Below, one piece after another: positions 1-8,245 of a DNA stretch of 32,000 nucleotides. Origin of the DNA: an uncultured Alphaproteobacteria bacterium. Lineage in GTDB: Bacteria; Pseudomonadota; Alphaproteobacteria; Rs-D84. The stretch spans positions 900,001-932,000 of the forward strand of contig OZ007020.1 of the NCBI GenBank assembly GCA_963931495.1, read 5' to 3'. Under the pieces are notes generated by a model that was not told where the DNA came from, ran no database searches, and was given only the letters and a program-made list of their open reading frames with translations. Both the position numbers and the translations under genes were made by a program. Every line of letters begins with the position of its first letter. Position 1 is the first letter of the stretch.

Positions 1-1447
1 ATTCAACCTGGGTTGATTTATAGGATGTTTACAATTACTACACCGGTATCTGTAACTAGGGCGCAACAATACAGAAACCTGACGCGCACGCCATAAAATA
101 TGGGTGCGATTCAACCATAGGTTGTATATTTTCATATTCACAATTATTGTAACGGCATATGCAAACATATTTACATCAGTGCCATAAAACGGTGAAAACA
201 CTATAAAATCGGGCCGTAATTCAACCTAGGGTTGAACAAAACGATGTTTGTATCCGGTAAGTCGTTATCTGTAATAATATGTAAAATATGCTACGTGCAC
301 CGCAAAATGTGAACATAATTCAACCATAGGTTGAATTTTGCGATGCTTGTAATTCGTAAATCGGCATTTATAATTGGGGTATAATAACTCAAAACATGCT
401 GCACACACTATAAAACATAGATGCAATTCAACCCCAGGTTAAATGCTGTAATGTTTACGATTGACGCGCTATCGCCAGCAAGAATATCAAAACACGTTGC
501 AGACGTTATAAATCTGGGACGCAATTCAACTATGGGTTGAACGTTGCGTTATTCACAACTGACGAACAGCCGTCAGCAACAATACAAAATATGGTGTATA
601 TACCGTAAAACATGGGCGAGATTCAATCATAGGTTGTATATCGTCATATTCACAATTACTGCGCCGACATCTATAACCAGGGCATAACAATGCAAAAAAC
701 ATGGCGCATAGGCTATAAAACATGGGTGCGATTCAACCACAGGTTGAACGACATCATATCAACAATCAGCATACTGTTGCATATAATAATATTAAAACTC
801 CTTATAGACATTGTAAATCGTGGGTACGATTCAACCTAAGGTTGAACAAAACGATGTTCGCAACTGGTAATTCGGCGCCTGTAATAATATATAAAATATG
901 CTGCACACACTATAAAACATAGACGCAATTCAACCCCAGGTTAAATGCTGTAATGTTTACGATTGACGCGCTATCGCCAGCAAGAATATCAAAACACGTT
1001 GCAGACGTTATAAATCTGGGACGCAATTCAACTATGGGTTGAACGTTGCGTTATTCACAACTGACGAACAGCCGTCAGCAACAATACAAAATATGGTGTA
1101 TATACCGTAAAACATGGGCGAGATTCAATCATAGGTTGTATATCGTCATATTCACAATTACTGCGCCGACATCTATAACCAGGGCATAACAATGCAAAAA
1201 ACATGGCGCATAGGCTATAAAACATGGGTGCGATTCAACCACAGGTTGAACGACATCATATCAACAATCAGCATACTGTTGCATATAATAATATTAAAAC
1301 TCCTTATAGACATTGTAAATCGTGGGTACGATTCAACCTAAGGTTGAATTATGTAAGTTTTACGATTAGTGTCCCATCGCCTGTCGCAACATCAAAACAC
1401 GCTGCACGCACGATAAACCATGGGTGTAATTCAACCATAGGTTGAAT
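1..1447. repeat. Tandem array of 15 diverged units of about 100 bp, each with a 16-19 bp palindrome (consensus ATTCAACC-N3-GGTTGAAT); truncated by the window edge
   Basis: Palindrome cores start at 1,109,219,318,426,524,621,731,829,928,1026,1123,1233,1331,1429 (spacing 97-110 bp). Perfect copies at 318-336 and 1429-1447. The left flank TATAAAAcATGGGTGCG is also conserved. Segments between palindromes are homologous to each other. Confidence 0.9.
396..1348. repeat. Higher-order duplication inside the array: 396-846 repeated at 898-1348 (offset 502 bp, five units)
   Basis: Base-by-base comparison shows a single mismatch (t at 421 vs c at 923) over about 451 bp, while neighbouring units are far more diverged. 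Confidence 0.9.
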
Positions 1448-1517
1448 ATCAATGTTTTTTACAATCGTTATAACAGCGGTATCAAATAAATTTCAGGTGA
1501 TTTTGGCCAAGTATTTA

Positions 1518-1546
1518 TTGATTTAATTGTCAATTTGTGATATAAT
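1518..1546 (+). promoter_or_regulatory. Sigma70-type promoter TTGATT-17 bp-TATAAT with TGn extended -10
   Basis: ttgatt 1518-1523, 17-nt spacer ending in tga, tataat 1541-1546. Confidence 0.55.
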
Positions 1547-1552
1547 GTGTGG

Positions 1553-1618
1553 CATCCAAGCACCATAATAATTATTTATATTTTTATATGCCCGACCATG
1601 TTTTATGGTCGGGTTTTT
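1553..1618 (+). ncRNA. Candidate short transcript of about 65 nt, or a terminated leader, between the array and the tail-fibre gene
   Basis: The predicted start about 7 nt after the -10 element runs into an intrinsic terminator. There is no ORF in this stretch. Confidence 0.3.
1591..1618 (+). terminator. Rho-independent terminator
   Basis: cccgaccat (1591-1599) pairs with atggtcggg (1605-1613), followed by ttttt (1614-1618). Confidence 0.6.
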
Positions 1619-1640
1619 CATTTGATTCAAAGGAGATTTT

Positions 1641-2615
1641 ATGAATAAATTTGATTTTGTCGCAGATGGGCACGTTACTGATTTTCATTTTACTTTCCCA
1701 TTTTTTTCAAAAAATGATGTTGTTGTAAAGCACAATTCCGCAGACGCCACAGGATATGATGTATTTTGTTACAGCGATGCAATAAATCCAGACTTTCCAT
1801 TTACTGGGGGTCGGGTACATTTCGCCATTGCGCCAAATCTTGGTGACGTTATCACAATTTCCAGAAAACTGGAATTAACGCGCACGGTGGATTACCAACC
1901 GACAATGCCGTTAAGCACGATGGCACTGAACCAAGACATGAATTTTATGTTGGAAGTATTAAAAGACATGAAAAACGAACTGATGGATTTTCATGACAAG
2001 TATTCTGAATTTACCGACAAGGATTCAACAAATGTATTATTAAATAAATTTGACGCCGTTTTATCGGAAACATCAAATGTGATTTCTGAAATAAATACAT
2101 TCCGGCAACAAATGAATGACATTGGTGATATAGGGTCCATTATCACAAATATTACGAATTTGAATAACACCATCACATCGTTAAACACATCGTTAACCAC
2201 GGCGAATTCAAATATTACAGATTTACAGGAATTCCAAGACGACGTATTGGATTATGTCGTGGCATCGCAAAATCCAACGGACGCGAATAGTTACACATGG
2301 TATCGGAAATATAAATCTGGGTGGGTGGAACAAGGCGGCCGTATGTTTTGCAGTGTTCCCGCAGACCAAGATACCGTACATACCCTGATTACATTACCCA
2401 TAGAAATGTCAGACGCAAATTACAATGTCCAAATTACCCAAGAACAAATAAAAGGCGCAATTAATCTGTCGGTTGCAAAGCGGTACCCGAATGCCACAAA
2501 AAATCCATCAACGTCCCAAACATTGTCCGTAATCGCGATGCACACGACAGCAGGACAGGCGTGGACAGACGACGTATATTACAGATGGATGGTATCCGGT
2601 ATGTCCAAACAGTAA
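1641..2615 (+). CDS. Phage tail-fibre protein: T7-tail-fibre-like N-terminal domain, coiled-coil middle, gp53-like C-terminal domain
   Basis: AGGAG RBS 8 nt upstream. The N-terminus (FVADGHVTDFHFTFPFF..DVVV...ISRKLELTRTVDYQ...LNQDMNF) follows the T7 gp17 N-terminal pattern. The middle is N/T/S-rich heptad-like. The C-terminus has the YTWYRKYKSGWVEQGG motif typical of prophage tail-fibre tips. Confidence 0.7.
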   Translation: MNKFDFVADGHVTDFHFTFPFFSKNDVVVKHNSADATGYDVFCYSDAINPDFPFTGGRVHFAIAPNLGDVITISRKLELTRTVDYQPTMPLSTMALNQDMNFMLEVLKDMKNELMDFHDKYSEFTDKDSTNVLLNKFDAVLSETSNVISEINTFRQQMNDIGDIGSIITNITNLNNTITSLNTSLTTANSNITDLQEFQDDVLDYVVASQNPTDANSYTWYRKYKSGWVEQGGRMFCSVPADQDTVHTLITLPIEMSDANYNVQITQEQIKGAINLSVAKRYPNATKNPSTSQTLSVIAMHTTAGQAWTDDVYYRWMVSGMSKQ

Positions 2616-2619
2616 TTTA

Positions 2620-3426
2620 TCAAGATTTTTTTGATACATTAAAAAATGGCTTTGACTTTTTTAATACCGCCAATGTTGCCCGGGCTTCTTGTTTAATTCG
2701 GTCGTATGCATCACGCCCCAAGATTATCCGACGGGGCGGATTCTGTTGTTGCGCCACATTAATCAGGTAAGATACCGCCAACGCAATGTCATTTTTATAG
2801 TGTCGTTTTATTTTATATGGAATTGGGGTCAGGTTTTCATATTCTGGGAATGTGTTTTCACGCATCATATCTTTTGATGCCATTCCGGTTGGGAACACCC
2901 CAAATTCCACAGCAATAACTTTACAGAATTTTTGTGTTTCGCACCACAGTGCCCCGGTTAATCCTTCTATGGCATATTTTGCCGAACAATACGCCGTGCC
3001 ATAAATTCGTGGGCACATTCCCAATTGCGAAGAAATATTTACGATTAATCCGTGTCCCTGGACACGAAACAGGGGCAATACTTCACGTATTGTATTTACA
3101 TATCCCCAAAAAGAAACATCCATTAATTTTCTGAATTCGTCATCTGTGGTGGATTCAAAAGTCTGCCATTGCCCCAGTCCACAGCAATTTACCAATGCAT
3201 CTATGTGCCCAAACTTATCAATTGCCGTTTTAATTGCGGCACGTATTGTCTGGGGCTGGGTCGCATCAACAGACAAACACAGCGCCCGATTATCTGTAAA
3301 ATCAGGGACGCGGCGCGCCACGGCAATGACATTCTTGTTTTTCGCCAATAATTGACGACAAATTTCATGACCAAAACCACTGGACGCACCAACAACCAAC
3401 CATGTTTTCAGTTTTTCATTATCCAT
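2620..3426 (-). CDS. Short-chain dehydrogenase/reductase (SDR)
   Basis: N-terminal VVGASSGFG Rossmann motif, catalytic YCSAKYA (YxxxK), length 268 aa. Its start overlaps the upstream gene by 8 nt. Confidence 0.85.
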   Translation of the reverse strand: MDNEKLKTWLVVGASSGFGHEICRQLLAKNKNVIAVARRVPDFTDNRALCLSVDATQPQTIRAAIKTAIDKFGHIDALVNCCGLGQWQTFESTTDDEFRKLMDVSFWGYVNTIREVLPLFRVQGHGLIVNISSQLGMCPRIYGTAYCSAKYAIEGLTGALWCETQKFCKVIAVEFGVFPTGMASKDMMRENTFPEYENLTPIPYKIKRHYKNDIALAVSYLINVAQQQNPPRRIILGRDAYDRIKQEARATLAVLKKSKPFFNVSKKS

Positions 3427-4813
3427 TATTTTTTGCCTTTATACTGTCTGATTTTAATGCGTGCATATATCGTGAAAAATCCATCTGGTAAGTATACGAA
3501 TTTGGCGCATCCAGCAAAACATTTTGTTCCCTGATTTTAATTGGATACATATTGGCCCGGCGTTTCAGTGAACGGGCCCATTTTGCCGTTGGAACGATAT
3601 GTGCGGCAATTTTATACATTGCGACAACCAAGGGTTCAAATGCAAATGCGTATACAGATTTACGATATCGTTTGTAAACATGTTTCTTTAATTTTTTGTA
3701 CCAGTATGATTTGCGTTCTGATTCAATCGTGTTGTCCAAAATATCGTGATAATACCAATACAGTTCCCGCGAAACGCTGTTAAATACTTTCTGTGTATCT
3801 TTCCAAATTGCTTTTTCAGATGGGACATGATTTATAAATGTTAATTCATGAACCCCATTGGCCCAGAAATTTAACACGGTTCGGGAACATTTGATACAAT
3901 GACCACAATTTACAGTATTTTTATAATCCGTGAAAAAGCATGTTATTAAATTTTTCATCACTATGGGTTCTGTGGCAATCAGTTTGCATTTTTGTGTTCT
4001 GGTGACATCAAAACCATCTTCTATGCAATTAAATGAACGTGATGCCAGGTAATCTGTAATCAATGGCGTTGATTCATCCGTTGTATATCTGGTGTCTTTT
4101 AGTAACAATCCACTACTGCCCAACAGTCCGTACGCATAATCACGGGTATTGGCAAACAAAAACAGCCCAGCACAAATATTAAATTTATATTGTGGAAATC
4201 CCTGGGTTTCACCAGGCATACTGATATGTACCGCCTCTATCCCGAAATGTTCCAATGTTTCTTTACAAATATTGAACTTATTTTGATATTTTTCATCATC
4301 ATTTGACAATATTTCCAGATTTTGAAAAATAATTGCTGTTTTAATATTTGTATTCCGTGGACCACGCAATCCGCGCACATGACTTAACAGCAGGTACGAC
4401 GCATCCACGCCACCTGAAAACGCAATAACAGAATCTTTGGACAATGGTTTATGTTCAACCGGAACTTCATGGGCGGGAACAATATTAATTTTATGATACA
4501 ACTTATCATCTGCATTAAATAATTGGTTATAATACTGATTGGCGGTGTACAGTCCCGCCAACAGCCCTTCGGATACTTTGCCATCAAAAAATGCCGTATC
4601 ACCATTATCTAACAATATTGACAACACGGGATATACGCGTAACAGCATTGCGTCATCATTTGGATTGTATTCACGGTCATTTGGGGCGTCCAGATATTTT
4701 ACAATTTCTGCACCATCAGGAAAAACAACACGCGCCGAAAAACGAATTATGTTTTTATCAGACAAGACTTCGCGGTTTACATAAACGTGTGCCGCATATT
4801 TATCATTTTGCAT
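3419..4813 (-). CDS. PP-loop ATP pyrophosphatase, QueC-like core with an unknown N-terminal domain of about 130 aa
   Basis: AFSGGVDAS PP-loop motif, and a C-terminal Cys cluster C-x11-CGHCIKC resembling the QueC zinc site. TAATG overlap with the upstream gene. Confidence 0.55.
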   Translation of the reverse strand: MQNDKYAAHVYVNREVLSDKNIIRFSARVVFPDGAEIVKYLDAPNDREYNPNDDAMLLRVYPVLSILLDNGDTAFFDGKVSEGLLAGLYTANQYYNQLFNADDKLYHKINIVPAHEVPVEHKPLSKDSVIAFSGGVDASYLLLSHVRGLRGPRNTNIKTAIIFQNLEILSNDDEKYQNKFNICKETLEHFGIEAVHISMPGETQGFPQYKFNICAGLFLFANTRDYAYGLLGSSGLLLKDTRYTTDESTPLITDYLASRSFNCIEDGFDVTRTQKCKLIATEPIVMKNLITCFFTDYKNTVNCGHCIKCSRTVLNFWANGVHELTFINHVPSEKAIWKDTQKVFNSVSRELYWYYHDILDNTIESERKSYWYKKLKKHVYKRYRKSVYAFAFEPLVVAMYKIAAHIVPTAKWARSLKRRANMYPIKIREQNVLLDAPNSYTYQMDFSRYMHALKSDSIKAKNNG

Positions 4814-6513
4814 TATTGTCCCCTTTTGAATAATTTCTTTACCATGTTCAATTTTGTTTTCTTTTTTTCGGTACCTGGTACAGTCGTTTTATTAAACGTC
4901 CGCATCATTTCCAGACCACGTTTTTCATCCGCATCTGTGGTAAATACTTCAAATAACACAGGTGCATCAAATTCACCGGTACAGAATGTCCGGATTTTAT
5001 CCAGAAATTCTGATTTATCTGACGCCGACATATAAACAAATCCGCATGATTTGGCCCATCCACATGCCCCGCCACGATTATGGCCAGATGCCGCAATGAT
5101 ATTATCAATCATTTCGCGTTTATCACGAAATTCTGGGTATAATCGGAATTCTTGGCCACCATTATTATTGATAACCAATATACGCAGATTTTTACCAATA
5201 TGGCGATTGCCCAATATATTCATGTCATAGAAAAATGCCAAATCCCCCAATTGGACAAAATATAATCTGTCTGGATTCATCAGCGAATGTCCAACCATTG
5301 TTGAAACACTGCCATCAATACCACAAACACCAACATTCAAAAATGTATCAATGCTGTTGTCCAGATTGAAAAAGTTCATATTTCTGCGACAATTAGATGT
5401 CAGGTGTATCGCCGAACCATGTGGCATGAATTCGGCCATTTTCTGGGAAATCAATGCATTAGACAGTGGCAAATCTGGATATTTTATGCCGTCCAGTAAT
5501 GTTTTTAATTGGCCATAATATGGCAATGTCTTTATATTTGCGGCCATCATGTGTTCAAAGAAAAATATCTCGGACATATCAAACAACTTGAATACAGGTG
5601 CATGAAAGCGACCACAATAATTACCATCCGGCGAAATACGCCAAATCTTTGTTCCCCAAAACAGTCGGCCCGATGAATACTCCGCCGAAACATTGCCAAT
5701 GTCAATCATAATGTCTGGACACTGGGGTAAATCCAGCATATCGGCAATTTGCGCCGTCAGTATTTTATTCTTGCCGTTGTACCGTGATGAATGGTCGCAA
5801 AATACAGGCGCATTAAACCGCTGGGCAAATCCAGAAATCGCATCCAGTTCACGTTCAGAAAATTTTTTGTGACTGCCGATAAAAATGCCGATGTTCTTGT
5901 CCGCCATTTGTTTGGCAATATCATTAACATTTAACGTATCACCGGTTATAACATCAACCGCATGCACATCATCAGGCAAGCGTTGTGTTGATATATTCAG
6001 TGCATCTGCCCAAACATTTGGCAAATTTATATGCACCGGTCCCCGACGCACAGATGTTAATGCCGCATGCATCAGTGACAGTGCCTTGAATTTATCTGAA
6101 TCATCTTTGATTACAGGTATATCAACACTGATAACCTTGACATCATTTTGCGTAACCGTTCTGTCAACGAATTGTGGTTCTTGGTTATATTTGTTTGAAA
6201 CATGTGTCCCAGTAATGGCGATTATTGGTAATTTTCGGTAAAACGCTTCGGTCATTGCGGGCAGATAATTCCGACTGCTGGTGGAACCAGTACATGTAAT
6301 CACCACCGGTTCACCGGTTTCTTCGGCGATACCAGTGGCCAGATATGCGGCACTGCGTTCATCTATGACAGAATAACACCGAAAAAAAGAATCTGAAAGT
6401 ACGCCGGCATTAAATGCGATATTTTGCCCACCGGGACTTGCAACAACGTACCGTATTCCATATGCTTTCAGCATGGCAATCATATATTGTGAATTCTTGT
6501 CATTTGAATACAT
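4813..6513 (-). CDS. Thiamine-diphosphate-dependent enzyme, MenD (SEPHCHC synthase)-like
   Basis: The motif VASPGGQNIAF...IDERSAAYLATGIAEETGEPVVITCTGSTSSRNYLPAMTEA matches the MenD N-terminal signature (DERSAA). Start placed at ATG 6513, preceded by GGAGA. The longer ORF to 6660 has no RBS and an implausible N-terminus. Confidence 0.7.
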   Translation of the reverse strand: MYSNDKNSQYMIAMLKAYGIRYVVASPGGQNIAFNAGVLSDSFFRCYSVIDERSAAYLATGIAEETGEPVVITCTGSTSSRNYLPAMTEAFYRKLPIIAITGTHVSNKYNQEPQFVDRTVTQNDVKVISVDIPVIKDDSDKFKALSLMHAALTSVRRGPVHINLPNVWADALNISTQRLPDDVHAVDVITGDTLNVNDIAKQMADKNIGIFIGSHKKFSERELDAISGFAQRFNAPVFCDHSSRYNGKNKILTAQIADMLDLPQCPDIMIDIGNVSAEYSSGRLFWGTKIWRISPDGNYCGRFHAPVFKLFDMSEIFFFEHMMAANIKTLPYYGQLKTLLDGIKYPDLPLSNALISQKMAEFMPHGSAIHLTSNCRRNMNFFNLDNSIDTFLNVGVCGIDGSVSTMVGHSLMNPDRLYFVQLGDLAFFYDMNILGNRHIGKNLRILVINNNGGQEFRLYPEFRDKREMIDNIIAASGHNRGGACGWAKSCGFVYMSASDKSEFLDKIRTFCTGEFDAPVLFEVFTTDADEKRGLEMMRTFNKTTVPGTEKKKTKLNMVKKLFKRGQ

Positions 6514-7101
6514 TTTTATCTCCGACGTTGCGGGTATCATTCCGCCATGTGGGTAAGATATCACAGCATATAAAACAAGTCCAGTTGAAATCAGGGGGCG
6601 TATACCCTGCCCCCACTGTGCACAAAACGTGCAACGGCGGCTGTGCGTTATGTCCCCCACCCCAAGGATTTTTTACATATTGTCCCGCCAGTCTGTTGTG
6701 CGATATACTGAACTGTGGAGAGAGAAAACATCCCCCGCCCCCCAGCAGTCAAAACTGTTTACACCCATGAACACGCCGATTTTTGTGGTGGACGGGGCGC
6801 TGTTTTTCAGAATTATGATTAATATCATTGACGAATGTACGTAAATACTTGTATTATTGTCATGCCTGTGTAGCAATACTGGGCCGACAAACTGTTAGTA
6901 GATAATGGGCTTAATCACCCGATATTACTGATGCACGTTTGCATTATTGACACTGTACAGTCCCGACATTTTTGTCGGGAAGTCGTTGTTATACAATACC
7001 GTTTCTGCGGAAAAGCAACGAGGTCTTTGTAATATCGGACTGATTAACTTCCCGACACCTGCTTTCAGTAGGTGTTTTTTGTTATCAAAAAGGATATTAC
7101 A

Positions 7102-7632
7102 ATGACAAAATTGGTTGTGGGCGCCATTGCTGTCATTGCGATTGCCAGTACAGGGTTCGGCGCACATGCCCGACCCGGCATAGAAGAAATTGGTGACGCA
7201 TTTCAAGTTATCGTACCGGCGTATGCGTTCGGTATGGCGGTTAATGAAAAAGACTGGGTTGGGGTCAAAGAATTCGCACATTCATTCTTGGCGATGGAAG
7301 CATCTGTCCAAGGGCTGAAACTGGTCATAGATGAACGCCGCCCCGACGGCAGTGATACAAATTCTTTCCCCAGCGGACATACCGCAGCGGCATTTTCCGG
7401 CGCAACATTTATACACAAACGATACGGCATAAAACGCGCAATTATACCTTACTTGATGGCGGCATTTACCGGTTATTCCCGGATTGCAGCCGACCGACAC
7501 TATTTTCACGACGTGTTGGCCGGGGCCGCAATCAGCAGTTTATTTACATGGATTTTCGTCAGCAAGTATGACGGTGTACAAGTCGCCGCCAGCCCAGATT
7601 CTGTGTCTGTGCGGTTTCATATGACATTTTAA
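7102..7632 (+). CDS. PAP2-family phosphatase (possible lipid A or undecaprenyl-PP phosphatase)
   Basis: Motifs KLVIDERRPDG, PSGHTAAAF and SRIAADRHYFHDVLAGA. Signal or TM N-terminus. AAGGA RBS before ATG 7102. Confidence 0.85.
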   Translation: MTKLVVGAIAVIAIASTGFGAHARPGIEEIGDAFQVIVPAYAFGMAVNEKDWVGVKEFAHSFLAMEASVQGLKLVIDERRPDGSDTNSFPSGHTAAAFSGATFIHKRYGIKRAIIPYLMAAFTGYSRIAADRHYFHDVLAGAAISSLFTWIFVSKYDGVQVAASPDSVSVRFHMTF

Positions 7633-7648
7633 TCAATGGTGAATAATT

Positions 7649-8200
7649 ATGAAAACTTGGAATTCTGTTTTAATAATATTAACATCTGTTATCGCATTAA
7701 CAATTGTTGCCAAAACTGCCGTTGCATCAGACAACAACACAAACATATTATTTGGTGATGCAAAACATCAAATATCGTTACATGGCGGTGTATCACTGCG
7801 TCACCAGTTTGAAAATCTGTATATGCTTGAAATTCAATACAGCCAGGCAAACACATTTTTCGGACTGGATGCACGCCAAAACATAGAATTAATTACGGCA
7901 CGTGGTTTTGGCGATGCCCAGAAATACAGCCAAGATATCATACTGGGGATTTCCGAAGACGCGATTATTTTTCATACCCAGCGTTTTTATATCGGGGCAA
8001 CACTGGGCGCATATATAAAATCACAGACCACAGACAGAATCAGTTCAAAATTTACATTCGGACAAAAGTTTTTCATCGGACTGAAATTCTTGCAAAACAG
8101 TGCCATTGAACTGTATGTTCGTCACTTTTCTAATGGCACACTGACCGAATTAAACGCCGGCCAAAATTTCATGGGATTAAGTTATACGATTAATTTCTGA
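7649..8200 (+). CDS. pagL: PagL-like lipid A 3-O-deacylase / acyloxyacyl hydrolase beta-barrel
   Basis: Signal peptide, beta-strand alternation, C-terminal VRHFSNG...NAGQNFMGLSYTINF (H-x-S-N catalytic motif, terminal F). Confidence 0.65.
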   Translation: MKTWNSVLIILTSVIALTIVAKTAVASDNNTNILFGDAKHQISLHGGVSLRHQFENLYMLEIQYSQANTFFGLDARQNIELITARGFGDAQKYSQDIILGISEDAIIFHTQRFYIGATLGAYIKSQTTDRISSKFTFGQKFFIGLKFLQNSAIELYVRHFSNGTLTELNAGQNFMGLSYTINF

Positions 8201-8245
8201 AAAATTATCTGGTTGATTTATCTGATAAATTTAATAGCATAACAA

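Noticed and set aside
722-1445. ORFs 722..922 and 1224..1445 (MGAIQPQVERHH...)
   Set aside because: They are the same reading frame running through duplicated repeat units. They have no RBS and low-complexity sequence, and they exist only because the repeat lacks stops in that frame.
1-1447. CRISPR array interpretation of the 100-bp periodic repeats
   Set aside because: The conserved part varies between copies. The would-be spacers (about 60-70 bp) are homologous to one another rather than unique. One block of five units is duplicated wholesale. No cas genes are visible in the window.
1-2615. Type III toxin-antitoxin (ToxIN-like) layout: repeats, then terminator, then a protein gene
   Set aside because: The downstream protein is clearly tail-fibre-like rather than a ToxN/AbiQ-type endoribonuclease. 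The 100-bp diverged units are unlike the short, near-identical 34-45 nt antitoxin repeats. The architecture is kept only as a loose analogy.
6514-6660. N-terminal extension of the ThDP-enzyme ORF (start at 6660)
   Set aside because: The extension has no SD and an implausible C/W/H-rich sequence. The internal ATG at 6513 has a GGAGA RBS, and the protein then begins just before the conserved ThDP N-domain.
6514-7101. TPP or preQ1 riboswitch upstream of the ThDP/QueC-like operon
   Set aside because: I could not find the conserved CUGAGA...ACCUGA core of the THI element, nor a preQ1-type hairpin with an A-rich tail, on either strand. An Infernal scan would be needed to exclude other classes.
6925-7281. 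Minus-strand ORF of 118 aa overlapping the PAP2 gene start
   Set aside because: It is antisense to a well-supported PAP2 CDS and its leader, with no RBS and no recognisable features.
8198-8200. Alternative genetic code (TGA as a sense codon) to explain the odd gene starts and frameshifts
   Set aside because: TGA terminates the PagL-like barrel exactly after the canonical C-terminal ...TINF, and it also ends the SDR. The OMP-type proteins ending ...RYSF and ...QQRF also stop cleanly at the expected C-terminus, and both tRNAs look standard. Code 11 fits.
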